Positions 49,571-61,072 of a stretch of 64,000 bases of DNA are shown here, piece by piece. The position numbers and the translations under genes are program-made. This stretch comes from Scyliorhinus canicula (lineage: Eukaryota): positions 124,001 through 188,000 of the forward strand of contig NW_024055785.1 of NCBI RefSeq assembly GCF_902713615.1, read 5' to 3'. The stretch's first letter is position 1. Every line of letters begins with the position of its first letter. The notes beneath the pieces were generated by a model. That model had not been told where the DNA came from, made no database searches, and saw nothing but the letters and a program-made list of their open reading frames with translations.

Positions 49571-51113
49571 GTGTATCTGTGATTCTGAGTGCTATAACAT
49601 TCCTGGCACTATAATAATTCCGCGAGTGACAAACTTCCAGGATTTCCGCGTACATATTTATGTCCAGGTATTGGCTGCCCAATTTTATTGGCCTTGTCTT
49701 TCACTGGCGTGTCACTGGCAATCAGAGGAATGCATTTCTCTGCTGCAATAAAGCAAGATGTGATAATGTTAGAATAACCAGTACCGTGAGCCGGCTGCGG
49801 CATTGGGATCGCCACACCATTGAAGGATACGGCCTGCTGGTGTGGGGGCTCAGCTCAACGATTCTGTCTCGCTCAGTAACAAACACTGACTCGGGAAAAT
49901 GCAGGGCCTTTTCATTGCCATATGAGCATCCGACTTGGGAGCAGGGAGTTGGTCAATCGGCCACTCGGGTCTACTCCAGAATTCAATGAGATCAGGACTA
50001 AGGTGACCATGGCCTCAGCTCCACATTCCGTGTAACCCAAGGACGCTGGTAGAGGTATAATCAGTAAGTTCGCAGATTCCGAGAACATTGTTGATGTGGT
50101 TAATAATGAAGAGGAAAACCTTAGAATAGTGGCAAATGGCCTCTGAAAATTTGCGAGGTGATGCAATTTGGGAGAACTAGAAAGGCAAGGGAATATATAA
50201 TGAACAGTAGGACGCTCGGAATTACAGTAACCAGAAGGACCTGGGATGCGTATCCATAGAGCCCTGACAGCACCAGGACAGGTAAATACGGTGGTTAAGA
50301 AAGGCTTATGAAATATTTGCGTTTATTTTCCGTTGAACATAAGAGCAGGGAGGTTATGATGAAGCTGTAGAAACGCTGGTTAGGCAACGACTGGATCCCC
50401 GTGTGCAGTTCTGGTCGCCGTAGTACAGGAAGGATTTGATTGCAGTAGAGCGGGTGCAGTGGAGATTCCCCAGGATGTTGCCGGGGATGGAGTGTTTCGG
50501 CTATGAAGACAGGCTGATTGGCTTAGGATGGTTTTCCTCAGAGCAGAGAAGGCTGAAGGGGGGCCTGATTCAGGTTTATTAAATCTATCTAATCCACCTA
50601 TTCTGCATATTTTTGGATTGTGGGAGGAAACCGCGGCACACGGAGGAAACCATCACAGACCCTGGGGACAACGTGCAAAGGCCACGAGCTCGTCCAAGGC
50701 CAGAGTAGAATCCGGGTCCTGGCGCTGTGAGGCTGCAGTGCTAGCCATTGTACCGCCCCAAATAACCGAACTCTTTGAGCAGGTTTTTGATCATTTGACC
50801 TAAATGCTCCTCTGAAACTCCTTTGGACATGTAATGATGTGAAAAGCTCAACATTAATTTAAATTGTTGCATTTGCTATTGTCCAGTGAGACCTGATAGT
50901 TTACTGAATGAGTGAGTCTGTACACCAATATATGAACAAGAAGCAGGAGTTTTGGAATCACAGATCGATTCGTCAATCTTACATCTGTTATGAATGCAAG
51001 TTGCAATCGTAAACTGGTTTAACTGTGCAGGTGGACTGCACCTCTTGCTATTTTTGAGATGTTTTGTTACAATGTTTGTCACTCACTCTGTAAATTGAAC
51101 TGCCCATGAGGAC

Positions 51114-51192
51114 GCGCCCCCTGCTGAGCAGCAGCTGGAACTGCCAGTCTGGGGTTTTTGTACGGGATCCCCCATATCTCTGTAGCAGTGTG
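51114..51192 (-). other. RSS (CACACTG, 24-nt spacer, ACAAAAACC) plus CTCF-like motif 25 nt downstream
   Basis: Heptamer 51186-51192, nonamer 51153-51161, TCAGCAGGGGGCGC 51114-51127. Confidence 0.75.
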
Positions 51193-51697
51193 GGCTGCAT
51201 GGCTAAGAAATACACGGCTCTGTCGGAGATCATTGTGTTACTGATCGTTAGCTCGGTAGTCTTGTCTTTTTTATCAAACGTAGAAAAAAACCGATTATTG
51301 AGGTCGGTGTTCCTTTGCACCGTCTGTCCAATAAGAAGAAACATATACTTTGGAGCTTTCCCGGGCTGCTGACTGTACCAGTACACATAAGGGTTAGCAG
51401 CACCTGTTTTCAAGGTGCAGGTTAACGTGACTTCACTTTCCTCTGTAACCGTTATTTCAGATTCCTTTTGTTCCACGGTGTCCTGGTGGCTCCATTCTAA
51501 CAGAAGTAACAACAATAATGACAATCAGAGTTAGCATCGCATTCAGCAATACGATCATCAGCAAAATAATCTCTGTCATTTTACCAACAATAAAATCAGG
51601 GTTACTGCATTCAGGAAGAGAATGGAGTGTTACTGGGAAGGAAATACTGACTGAGAAGTGAGATAATGACGAGCAGCGAAGCGAGATGGTTCCTCAT
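51193..51697 (-). CDS. TCR alpha/delta-like V segment, open frame but Cys104>Leu
   Basis: Leader MRNHLASLLVIISLL (51697-51652, donor GTCAGT). V exon 51496-51193: WSHQDTVEQ...VTLTC...VYWYSQQPGKAP...SDRAVYFLAMQP; TTA at 51204-51206 replaces Cys. Confidence 0.8.
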
Positions 51698-52439
51698 GAT
51701 CCTTCCTGAGTTTGTGATTCTGCAATGAGAGACATCCTCTGTCAGAGACAGAAATACAGATCCCCGTCACACTGCACTGCTGAACGGGCCAATGAGAGGA
51801 ATGAACCAGCAGCAGCAATCTCTCGACAATTGGGTCAGAGTGAGAGCAGCAACCGGAAGCAGTGGGCGGGGATACCGCAGTCTGAATATTGAGTGACGTG
51901 TGCGGTGACTCTCAGCTGTACTCGGAACTGATGGAGCGGAAATAGCGACGGTTGAATCTTCACTGCACCGTGACCATCCTGCACCTGCTCACTGTTCAAG
52001 TCACTGAGAAGAAATATATTGGAAAGGACATGACGGACTAGAATCTAGAATCTTCGAGTCAGGGATGAGGCTACACGATCTATATTGCCCGAGACACTTT
52101 GAAATGGTTACCTTATTCTTCTTTCAAACATAGCATTTTCTACATAGCCAGGTAATTGCCTTTACATTTCCTTCTTAAAGTTATTGTTGAATTTTCTTCC
52201 TTTTCTTAGACACCTCTTCTGTAGTTCAGCAAATCGCAGTATACATAATGAATGGAACTTTCCTGGGCTTTATTTCTCCCCGATCTTTGTACTATCCAAG
52301 GATCTGCTTGAAACAGTTCCGTTTCATCTTCATTGACAGATCCACTCACATTTCAGCAACTCAGTACAGTCTCTCCTTTACTTTCTTTGACCTAAGGAGA
52401 GGTGGCCTTGTGGCGTCATCGGCAGCTTCCGTGCCTCTG

Positions 52440-53230
52440 GCTCCTTAGTCGTAGAGCTTTACGGCAAAGAAGAGGCCCTTTGACACATCGTGTTTGCCCC
52501 GGCCATCAAGTACCGATCTAGTCTAAACCAATTTCTGACACTTGACCCGGAGCCTTGCATGCAATGGCGTTTCAAATCATCATCTAAACGCTTCTTTATT
52601 GTTGTGAGAGTTTCTGCCTGGACTAGCCTTATGGGCAATGAGTTCCAGGTTCTCACCGCGCTCAAATTCCCTCTAAACCTTCTGCTTCATACCTTAAATC
52701 TATGCCCCTTCGTTGTTGACCCTTCTGCTAATGGAAAGGTTTTTTTTTAACCCCTCGATTTGGTCCTCCTCAGTATTCTCTGCTTTAAGGACAATATCCC
52801 AACTATCTAGCCTCTCGTCAGAGCTGAAACATTCCTGCCCAGAAAACCTCCTGATTAATCTCTTCTGCAGCCTCTCTGCTATAATCTCATCCTTTCCGTA
52901 AGGTGGCGAGCAGATGTGCACAAAATACTCCAGCTGAGGACTAACCAGCATTTTATACGGCTTCATAATTACCTCCCTGCTCTTATATTCCATGTCTCAG
53001 CTAATAAAGGCAAGTATCCTGTATGTCTTCTTCACCACCTTATCTACTTGTCCAGTTGCCTGCGGGGATCTGTGGGCATGAATACCAAGGTCCTGTACTT
53101 CTTGGTGTGCTGCCATTCATTGTGTGTTTTCTTGCAAAGTTCGTCCTCCCAAAATGCATCAGTGTTAAATTCCGTTTGTCACTGTTCTGCCCATCTGGCC
53201 CTTCCGTCAATATCATCCTGCAATCTATAC
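52440..53230 (-). mobile_element. Decayed CR1 3' fragment
   Basis: ORF 52700..52993 MEYKSREVIMKPYKMLVSPQLEYFVHICSPPYGKD; ORF 52459..52665 AVRTWNSLP. Confidence 0.7.
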
Positions 53231-53547
53231 CATTCCTCCTCGCTATTTAGCACACCGACGATTTTCATGCTGTGTGCGAACGACGGTTGGGTATAGCTCA
53301 GGAGATTGGAAAGCCAGAAGGGTCTGGATTCCTGTTCCAGCTCTGGAGTGGTTGCGGCCTGCCTCCCAGTGACGTTGCAATGGGTTGGACCTGCCTTCCG
53401 ACAGATAGAGCCAGAGAAAGAAGTAACGAGAAGAATCCAGATTTGGATAGTCAGTTCTCATTCCTGACATCGATGTTTTCACATACAAATCAATGACCTT
53501 AAATCCATTCAGAAACCCCCATTGTGAACCGGGTTGGACAGAATCCT

Positions 53548-53783
53548 CCAGCAGAGGGCGCAAAGTCCAGGCATGATAGTTAGAAAGTCACATGAGACCA
53601 AAGCCAGACGTATATTCAGTGATGTCACAGTGGGCCTGGCTCCCTTGCTGTGTCTGGGTGGGACATTGAGCTGAACAGAGCCTGAGTTCCTTTGCTTCTC
53701 CCAATCTCTAACTCATTCCATTCCCAATCACTGAGAGATTCAGTCAGACATGTTTCTAATAATACTGGCGGGGCTCTTGCATA
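53548..53783 (+). pseudogene. Orphan V promoter and leader exon (no V exon)
   Basis: CCAGCAGAGGGCGC (53548-53561), AGTGATGTCA (53618-53627), leader MFLIILAGLLH (53750-53783) with donor mutated to TTAAGT. Paralogous to 46677-46881. Confidence 0.75.
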
Positions 53784-54003
53784 TTAAGTACTGGATTATG
53801 CACCATGGGACCCGTGCTCTCTGGTTGTGACTTCTAAAGAAATAAAATAATTTAAATGGATTCTGACCCTTCTTTTCTGATATGAAAGAGTAAACGCAAA
53901 TCACGAACAGGCCTCACTCATTGCAGCATATCCATGGAAGTGTTACTAAAATGCCTGCTCTCGGATAACTGCACAGGCTACACACTTTCAGAATGACCCG
54001 GCA

Positions 54004-54042
54004 GGTTTTTGTACGGCGCTGAATGGTTTTCAGTTCACTGTG
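54004..54042 (-). other. Consensus 23-RSS
   Basis: CACAGTG (54036-54042), 23 nt, ACAAAAACC (54004-54012). Confidence 0.9.
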
Positions 54043-54548
54043 CCTCACTGCACAGAGATAGGTGGCGGTGTCTGTCACTCGAACGTCACTAACATTCAGA
54101 GAGCTGTGTTTCTCTGCTGAACTGAACCGAGCTGTGATCCTGCCCTGATCGCTGGTGCCGATCGCCAGGTGCTGCATGGTTCCATCCGGGTATTGTCTGT
54201 ACCATTGTAGGATCATTCCTGCTACTGTGGTGGAACAGGCCAAGGATGCAATGTCTCCCTCGGGAATCACCATTGACTCTGGAGACTGCGATAACTCGTC
54301 ACTGCCAGCGGCATCTGAGATGTAAAATAACATGAATAATTTAATATCACACAGACGGCGAGAATATGATATAGCACAATCAACTACAACATGACATAAC
54401 AATATATACAATAAAGGAAACTGTACGTCCCTATAACATGACATGTCTGATGTGTGACATATTCCTGCCAGATATAGTGATTACACTCACACGGAGAGAA
54501 GAGTAAGAAATTCAGGGAGATAATCACTAAAGTGAAGCTCAGCTTCAT
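54043..54548 (-). CDS. Intact TCR alpha/delta-like V segment with short CDR2 region
   Basis: Leader MKLSFTLVIISLNFLLFSP|GTGAGT (54548-54491), phase-1 intron, V exon 54314-54043: AAGSDELSQSPE...SLAC...LQWYRQYPDG...DTATYLCAVR. Cys23, Trp41 and Cys104 present; CRE-like AGTGACGT at 54820 and 54842. Confidence 0.9.
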
Positions 54549-55741
54549 GTTGGATCCTATCGATCTGTGTTGAGTAGCTCTCGGTAGTGTTCAGGACCAG
54601 AGACAATACCGCGGAGGCAGCGCTGTTGTCCATCAAACTGAGTCTAACACCAACTGCACCGTGCCCGCCCGAGCCGGGTCTCAGGGGCTTGTGATCACAA
54701 AGTGAAGCTGTGAAGGAGATTCAGCATTGGATGGGGTGTGGGTCGTAGAATTCGCATGCGCAGAGCACCGCCTATGTGGAGTCAGACTGAGGACACGTGT
54801 GCTGTTTCCCTGCAGATTTAGTGACGTAAGTCTGTAAACCGAGTGACGTTAGTGGGACTGGTTGAAGGGGCAGAAATATCTTTCCCGGAGCTGATCTGAA
54901 CATCCAGCCCTGAGTTTTAGAGAATTAACAGCTGATCAGAAATAGCAAGGCTGGGTTACCCTGGAGACTCGCTTGATGACGGATCTGTCGGTCGGATCGG
55001 ATTCTGCAGTTTAATCTTACTGCCGCTGCTGGTAACAGGTGGGTTAGTTTCATTCGAGATTAATGTGGTCCCCTCCCCCGCCCCGGTGTGGGTTTGTGTG
55101 GCTGACATCGCCGCTGATCGATGGCTCCACATCATGTCTGCATCTGCCCGAGATTCTGTCGAAACTCCAACAGACAGGAGCTCCAAGACACAGTACAAAG
55201 TACGGGAGTGGGACTGTTGTCCACCATGAACTCAGTCTGTGAATCCTGCTCCTGAGTAACTATTCAGAGCCACTTTCTCCACCCAGAGATACAGAGAGAG
55301 GTTTGGCTGCCTGAGCGGTGCTGTTGCTGTTTTGTTTTTTGCCTCGCTGCTTGTCTGCTGACATGAGTAACACAGCACAAGTGAAAGACTGAAACTTTCT
55401 CCTGAACACCACACGGACTGCAGCGGTTCAAGAAGGCAGCATCAAAGGTTAAACTAAAAACAGTAACTTCTTCTTCTGTCTTAACATCAGACGGCAGTAG
55501 CCGAGAAACAGAATTCCCATCACTCAGATCAGAAATACATGCTGAAACAGGAAATAATCATATGTTTAAAATTCCGATTGAAACCATGATTTCAAATGCG
55601 ATGAAATGTGTTTGTTCCACAATTACTTTCCGAAATGCCCCGCCCGCACCAGCCCCATACAACCCAGATACTGGGTGGCCGCATTGTCGCCGTCTGATTT
55701 GTAAAGGTTGAAATTCGAAGCAACACCTTCTATTCTATTTA

Positions 55742-56093
55742 GGGGCAGCAGGGTAGCATGGTGGGTAGCATAAATGCTTCACAGCTCCAGGGTCCCAGGT
55801 TCGATTCCCGGCTGGGTCACTGTCTGTGTGGAGTCTGCACGTCCTCCCCCTGTGTGCGTGGGTTTCCTCCGGGTGCTCCGGTTTCCTCCCACAGTCCAAA
55901 GATGTGCGGGTTAGGTGGATTGGCCATGCTAAATTGCCCGTAGTGTCCTAATAAAAGTAAGGTTAATGGGGGGGTTGTTGGGTTACGGGTATAGGGTGGA
56001 TACGTGGGTTTGAGTAGGGTGATCATGGCTCGGCACAACATTGAGGGCCGAAGGGCCTGTTCTGTGCTGTACTGTTCTATGTTCTATGTTCTA
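55742..56093 (+). mobile_element. Full-length tRNA-derived SINE with CR1-like 3' tail
   Basis: GGGGCAGCAGGGTAGCATGGTGG...GGTTCGATTCCC head. Tail gggcctgttctgtgctgtactgttctatgttcta is shared with CR1 3' ends. Confidence 0.8.
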
Positions 56094-56781
56094 TTCCGCA
56101 CCATCAAGAATCGGTTGTCTTTCTCAGCATTTTCTCACTTCACTTTCTTGCGTCTCCAATGATGGTTTAAGACCTGTAGGTGGGGAACTGCCCGTCAGTG
56201 AATGGGAACAATCCGAGCTGGGATACAATCAGTACCTTATAAGAAGAATCGCTGCATATTTCCAGACGGGGTTAGGAATGGGTTTGCTGGTCTGGTTATT
56301 GTAGGACGGAAACACATGTTTGTGAATTGTGTCAGAAAACATTAAACAGACATTCGAAAGGAGAATTAATATTGGAGGGACTCTGACCTTGGCGTTTGTT
56401 ATAAAGTCTGCAACCACTGCCTCATGAAATGTGCTAATTTTCTACAAATGTCTGTGAACCAATAAAATACACCAGTCATCCAGACTCTGTGTATCGGCTT
56501 TGATCAAAGGGTCCTAGAAGGGGAGACCTGAGATGGAAAAGGTTCACACAATAATTCAGACAGAAATGGAAAGATCATAAACAGACTAAGTGTGAGTTAC
56601 CGAACCATAAATTAACTTGTGAAATTCATTTCAGTACAAATGCAAGTTATAAACTAACGAATATAAGTATTCAGTTCCTGCTCACTTGTTCGTATTGAGT
56701 GTTGTGTTTGATTTTGATGTTGTATTAATGAGCCTGTGACCCTCACAGGCTGAGTAGTTGTGTTCGTCTATCATTGCGAGA

Positions 56782-56859
56782 GCGCCCTCTGCTGCGAAGT
56801 AACTGGAACTACTAGTGTGAGTTCATGTACGGGACCCGCTATAACTCTGCAGCAGTGTG
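56782..56859 (-). other. RSS (CACACTG, 24-nt spacer, ACATGAACT) plus CTCF-like motif 23 nt downstream
   Basis: Heptamer 56853-56859, nonamer 56820-56828, CGCAGCAGAGGGCGC 56782-56796. Confidence 0.7.
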
Positions 56860-57294
56860 GGCTCCATGGCGCAGAAATATACGGCACTGTCGGAGAGATC
56901 AGCTCCGGCGATATTTAAAGGAGCCGTTTGGTTTTCTTTGTGTAAAACAGCCGAGAACCTGGCTGGGAAATCTGGAGACTTATCTGAACTGCCCGTGCTA
57001 TATATTTTCATTACATTCCTCGGAGGATTCCCGGGAAACTGAATGTACCAGAACAGAGTGTCAAAAACAGCTGTCGAGTATCTACAGTCCAGGTTAATGC
57101 TCTGTCCTTCCAGAACCGTTATCTCAGATCGATCCTGGGACACTGAATCTTCACCATTTGTTCCTGGAACAAAACACAAAATGTATTCAATATCTGGGAG
57201 TGAAGATAACACACAGAACACATGGTGAACATTTAAACATCGACTCACCGGGAAGCATGGCCATTATTATCAGTAACCAACATGGGGAACACAT
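56860..57294 (-). CDS. Intact TCR alpha/delta-like V segment
   Basis: Leader MCSPCWLLIIMAMLP|GTGAGT (57294-57249), 85-nt intron, V exon 57163-56860: GTNGEDSVSQ...INLDCRY...LFWYIQFPG...SDSAVYFCAMEP. Confidence 0.9.
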
Positions 57295-57962
57295 GGTGTC
57301 TGGATTAGAGTTCGGCAGAAATAAATCCGATTTGAAATATGTTCTGGTATTAAAGCAGAAATTCAGATCAGGAGAATCTTCACTGACTGGGAGACTGAGG
57401 GGCGTTTCCCAGCGACATGATTGGCTGATCTGTCGACCCTGATGACAGTTGGGGCGCCAATCAGTGTTAGTCCTGGACGAATAATATCTTCTGATTCTCT
57501 CCTTCTCCCTGTCTTTCTCTGTCCCTCCATCTCTGTCTTTGTCTCAAGGTCTGCCCCGCCCTATCGCTCGGTCTCTATATATCTGTTTCCCCTTCCTCTG
57601 TTTCTGACCCTCTCTCACACACTTCCTCTGCCTCTTTCTTCCCTTTTCCTTGAAGTTCAGACTGTAGAAAACCCAATTCGTCCAACTTCCTCATTTCAAG
57701 GAGTTCATCAAAGTGTTCAGTTAATAGGAGCAGCTGAAAAAGGTAAAATATAATAGCCACAGGATTAGGATAAACATGGCAGCAGTTACATTTAGATCCC
57801 AAAATAATACAGGATATTTGTGTGAATTATGGCCATATTAACATATTTTCGATGTATTGGTATTTTAGAGTCAGGATCTCATCGAGATCTCCGTGATTTC
57901 ATATTGTTTAAAACCAGCTTCCTTAAACAATGTGACTGAGATATCACACTAAACAACGGTAT

Positions 57963-58278
57963 TAGAACATAGAACATAGAACAGTACAGCACAGAACAGG
58001 CCCTTCAGCCCTCGATGTTGTGCCGAACAATGATCACCCTACTTAAACCCACATAACCCGTATACCCTTAACCCATTAACCTTACACTACGGGCAATTTA
58101 GCATGGCCAATCCACCTAACCCGCACATCTTTGGACTGTGGGAGGAAACCGGAGCACCCGGAGGAAACCCACGCACACACGGGGAGGACGTGCAGACTCC
58201 ACACAGACAGTGACCCAGCCGGGACTCGAACCTGGGACCCTGGAGCTGTGAAGCATTGATGCTAACCACCATGCTACC
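57963..58278 (-). mobile_element. tRNA-derived SINE with CR1-like tail
   Basis: Near reverse complement of 55742-56093. Confidence 0.8.
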
Positions 58279-60476
58279 GCAGGATTTAAAGCAAATTTGG
58301 AATTAGCTCCATGTATAACTTTATAATCATTGAAATAAATTGCAATAATAAAAATATGAACCAAAAATAATGTTACGTCATTATACATAGGGGCTGGTTT
58401 AGCTCACCAGGCTAAATCGCTGGCTTTTAAAGCAGACCAAGCAGGCCAGCAGCACGGTTCGATTCCCGTACCAGCCTCCCCGGACAGGCGCCGGAATGTG
58501 GCGACTAGGGGCTTTTCACAGTAACTTCATTGAAGCCTACTCGTGACAATAAGCGATTTTCATTTTCATTTTTTTTCATCAACGTCCTTCAGTAATTTGA
58601 GAATTCGATAATTTTCCAGGAACGCGCCATATACCTCAGATCGCCACCAGATGGAGCTCGCTCACCATGTTTTTCTGTTCACTGCACTCGGCATAGTAGA
58701 GACAACATGGTGTTTGTGCGACGAGTCTCGTCATCCAAGGCGTCAAATGGATCTCGGAAATGATTGTTTCCTCATTGCTTCCACACTTTTAAAAGATTTA
58801 CCTGAATATTTACCATTTGAGCTCCTTCTGACTGTTTGAGGGTCTGTAATGCACTCCCAGTAGCATGAGAGCGCCTTTATTGGCCCTACACTCAATCGGT
58901 GTGTCGTCAATTGGTCATCTTCCAACATATCATCCCTTGTCATTTTTGTAATTGATTATCTAACCAATTTAGCCACCCCACCCTTTTTATACCCTGTCTA
59001 TCTCTGTCTGAAAACCCTGACAGGAGGAATATTGAACTGCCATTCGGTCCCTCTCTATCTGTTTCTGCAGTAACTATTAATTCATACTCTTATCGGTGCC
59101 CTAAACTGGCCTATTTTGTTTACTGTGCTCACCATATTGAATTATATCCCCATTGCCACTGTCAAATCTTCCTTTTTATTTTCTATCAATGGATTCCTTT
59201 GTTGTCCAGATGCACCCAATGATTTTCCACCTTCCAGGCCCATTCTTGATTATTCCACATCTGAATTAACCAATCAGTTCCCACCCTCCTGCCAAAGCAG
59301 TTTACCCCTTCCCAGCAGCACTCGACAAACGCCCGACAGGAAACCACTTTACCGCCACCTCTGAGTCAGGTCTGCCAGTCGGGCAGCACATTCTCGGGGA
59401 TGTTGACGGTGGACTCTGCAAAATGAGCGTATGTTTCAGTGAAAATTGTTATTTTGGAACTCGAGGCTGTCAGTGGGGAGGTGGTGACCTCGTGGCATTA
59501 TCACTGGGTAAATAAATCAGAAATCCTTGTTTGAATCTCACCATGGCGGGTGTTGGAATTTAAATCATTCAGGTTTGTTATTGTAAAAAATACAGTTCTA
59601 CAGGAGACTGCAGATCCACAGCAATGTGATTGACTCTTTTTCACAAATACTTTCATTGGGATTTTTAACATTTAGTAACAAGGTGTATGCACAACATGAG
59701 ACAGAGCCATTGGTAAGAATACAAAAGAAGAAACAAAGCAACAGCAACGTCATAAACATCTGTAAAACAGGTCGTCACTTTAACTGTGAACCAGGTTCTG
59801 TGCTCACATTCCCTTTTGTACATTTATATTTACAATCAAAGTCAGAACTTTTAACTTTATATTTACGCTCATTTTGAACGGCGAAGTGGGGAGCGGGTGG
59901 GGGGGGTGGTGTAGAAGTCCTGTTCCCCCATTGAGTTTTCGAGGGAGGCTCGGATGGTCCATCTCCTCGGTTTTCCATGTGTGTGTGTTGGGAGGTACTC
60001 AAAAGGACAGACACAAACGATACTGTAACTGGCTTAGAGGAAATGCCAGAGACTTAACTGAACCAACTTTGAGATAGAAAAAACGGTCTTCCTGATGGAT
60101 AAACAGGAAAAGCCAGTGTGGGAATCCAGGCTCAAAGTTGATTTACAATTACCCCTCCTTTCTTCTACATGAACGGTATTTAGGCTGCAGCATGTTACAC
60201 ACCAAAACACAAAGAGGTCAAATATAAGAAACACATAATTGTCAATTCTGAAACTCAACTCAAGCATTGAATAACGAAACAAATATTGTGTAAAGTCGGT
60301 TGCTTTGTTCTGTAGGATTTAAGAATGCTGCATTAATAATAGAAGAGAGCATTTCGCCGTTAGAGATTTGCTGAACAAATTCTTCAGTTCAATATAAGTT
60401 CTTCTTCTGGCTTGTAAGTTTAAACATCTGTTTTAAAGAAACAGACGTGTTCTTTTAAGAAGTGACATGGCCTCTC

Positions 60477-61072
60477 AGCAAAGCTGAACCATGCAAAGCT
60501 GTTTCTGTGGTGTAGTGGTTACCACATTTGCTTTATACTCGAATGGTCCCTGGTTCGGAACCGGGCAGAAACATCTGGTGTTTTCAGTTTAGTCTGTTGT
60601 TGAATATTACCTCAATCTCGTAACTGATCTTCATCATCGAGGAATAGCACGAGTTTGGAACTTCTGTGGGCCAGTGGCGCAATGGATAATGCATCTGACT
60701 ACGAATTAGGAGATTTCAGGTTCGACTCCTGGCTGGTTCGCAGTTCCTAGTGTTGGAGTCCCCTTTAGTTCAGTAGCAAAGCTGAACCATGCAAAGCTGT
60801 TTCTGTGGTGTAGTGGTTACCACATTTGCTTTATACTCGAATGGTCCCTGGTTCGGAACCGGGCAGAAACATCTGGTGTTTTCAGTTTAGTCTGTTGTTG
60901 AATATTACCTCAATCTCGTAACTGATCTTCATCATCGAGGAATAGCACGAGTTTGGAACTTCTGTGGGCCAGTGGCGCAATGGATAATGCATCTGACTAC
61001 GAATTAGGAGATTTCAGGTTCGACTCCTGGCTGGTTCGCAGTTCCTAGTGTTGGAGTCCCCTTTAGTTCAGT
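60477..61072 (+). repeat. 298-bp tandem duplication, each unit with degenerate tRNA-Val-like (60501-60573, 60799-60871) and tRNA-Arg(ACG)-like (60668-60740, 60966-61038) sequences
   Basis: agcaaagctgaaccatgc at 60477 and 60775; the units look identical including lesions (anticodon TAT, GGTTCGGA T-loop). Confidence 0.9.

Noticed and set aside
54043-54548. Calling this V a NAR-TCR or IgNAR V
   Set aside because: The Trp-Cys distance (50) is longer than in VNAR, the framework (WYRQYP, TYLCAV) is TRAV-like, and no NAR D/J cassette is nearby.
54960-55053. Alternative leader exon MKLTHLLPAAA...
   Set aside because: Wrong phase or non-hydrophobic; the 54548-54491 leader fits signal-peptide character, GTGAGT donor and phase.
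55200-55420. Possible further decayed V (LYCVLE-like motif)
   Set aside because: No recognisable Cys23/Trp41 spacing or RSS.
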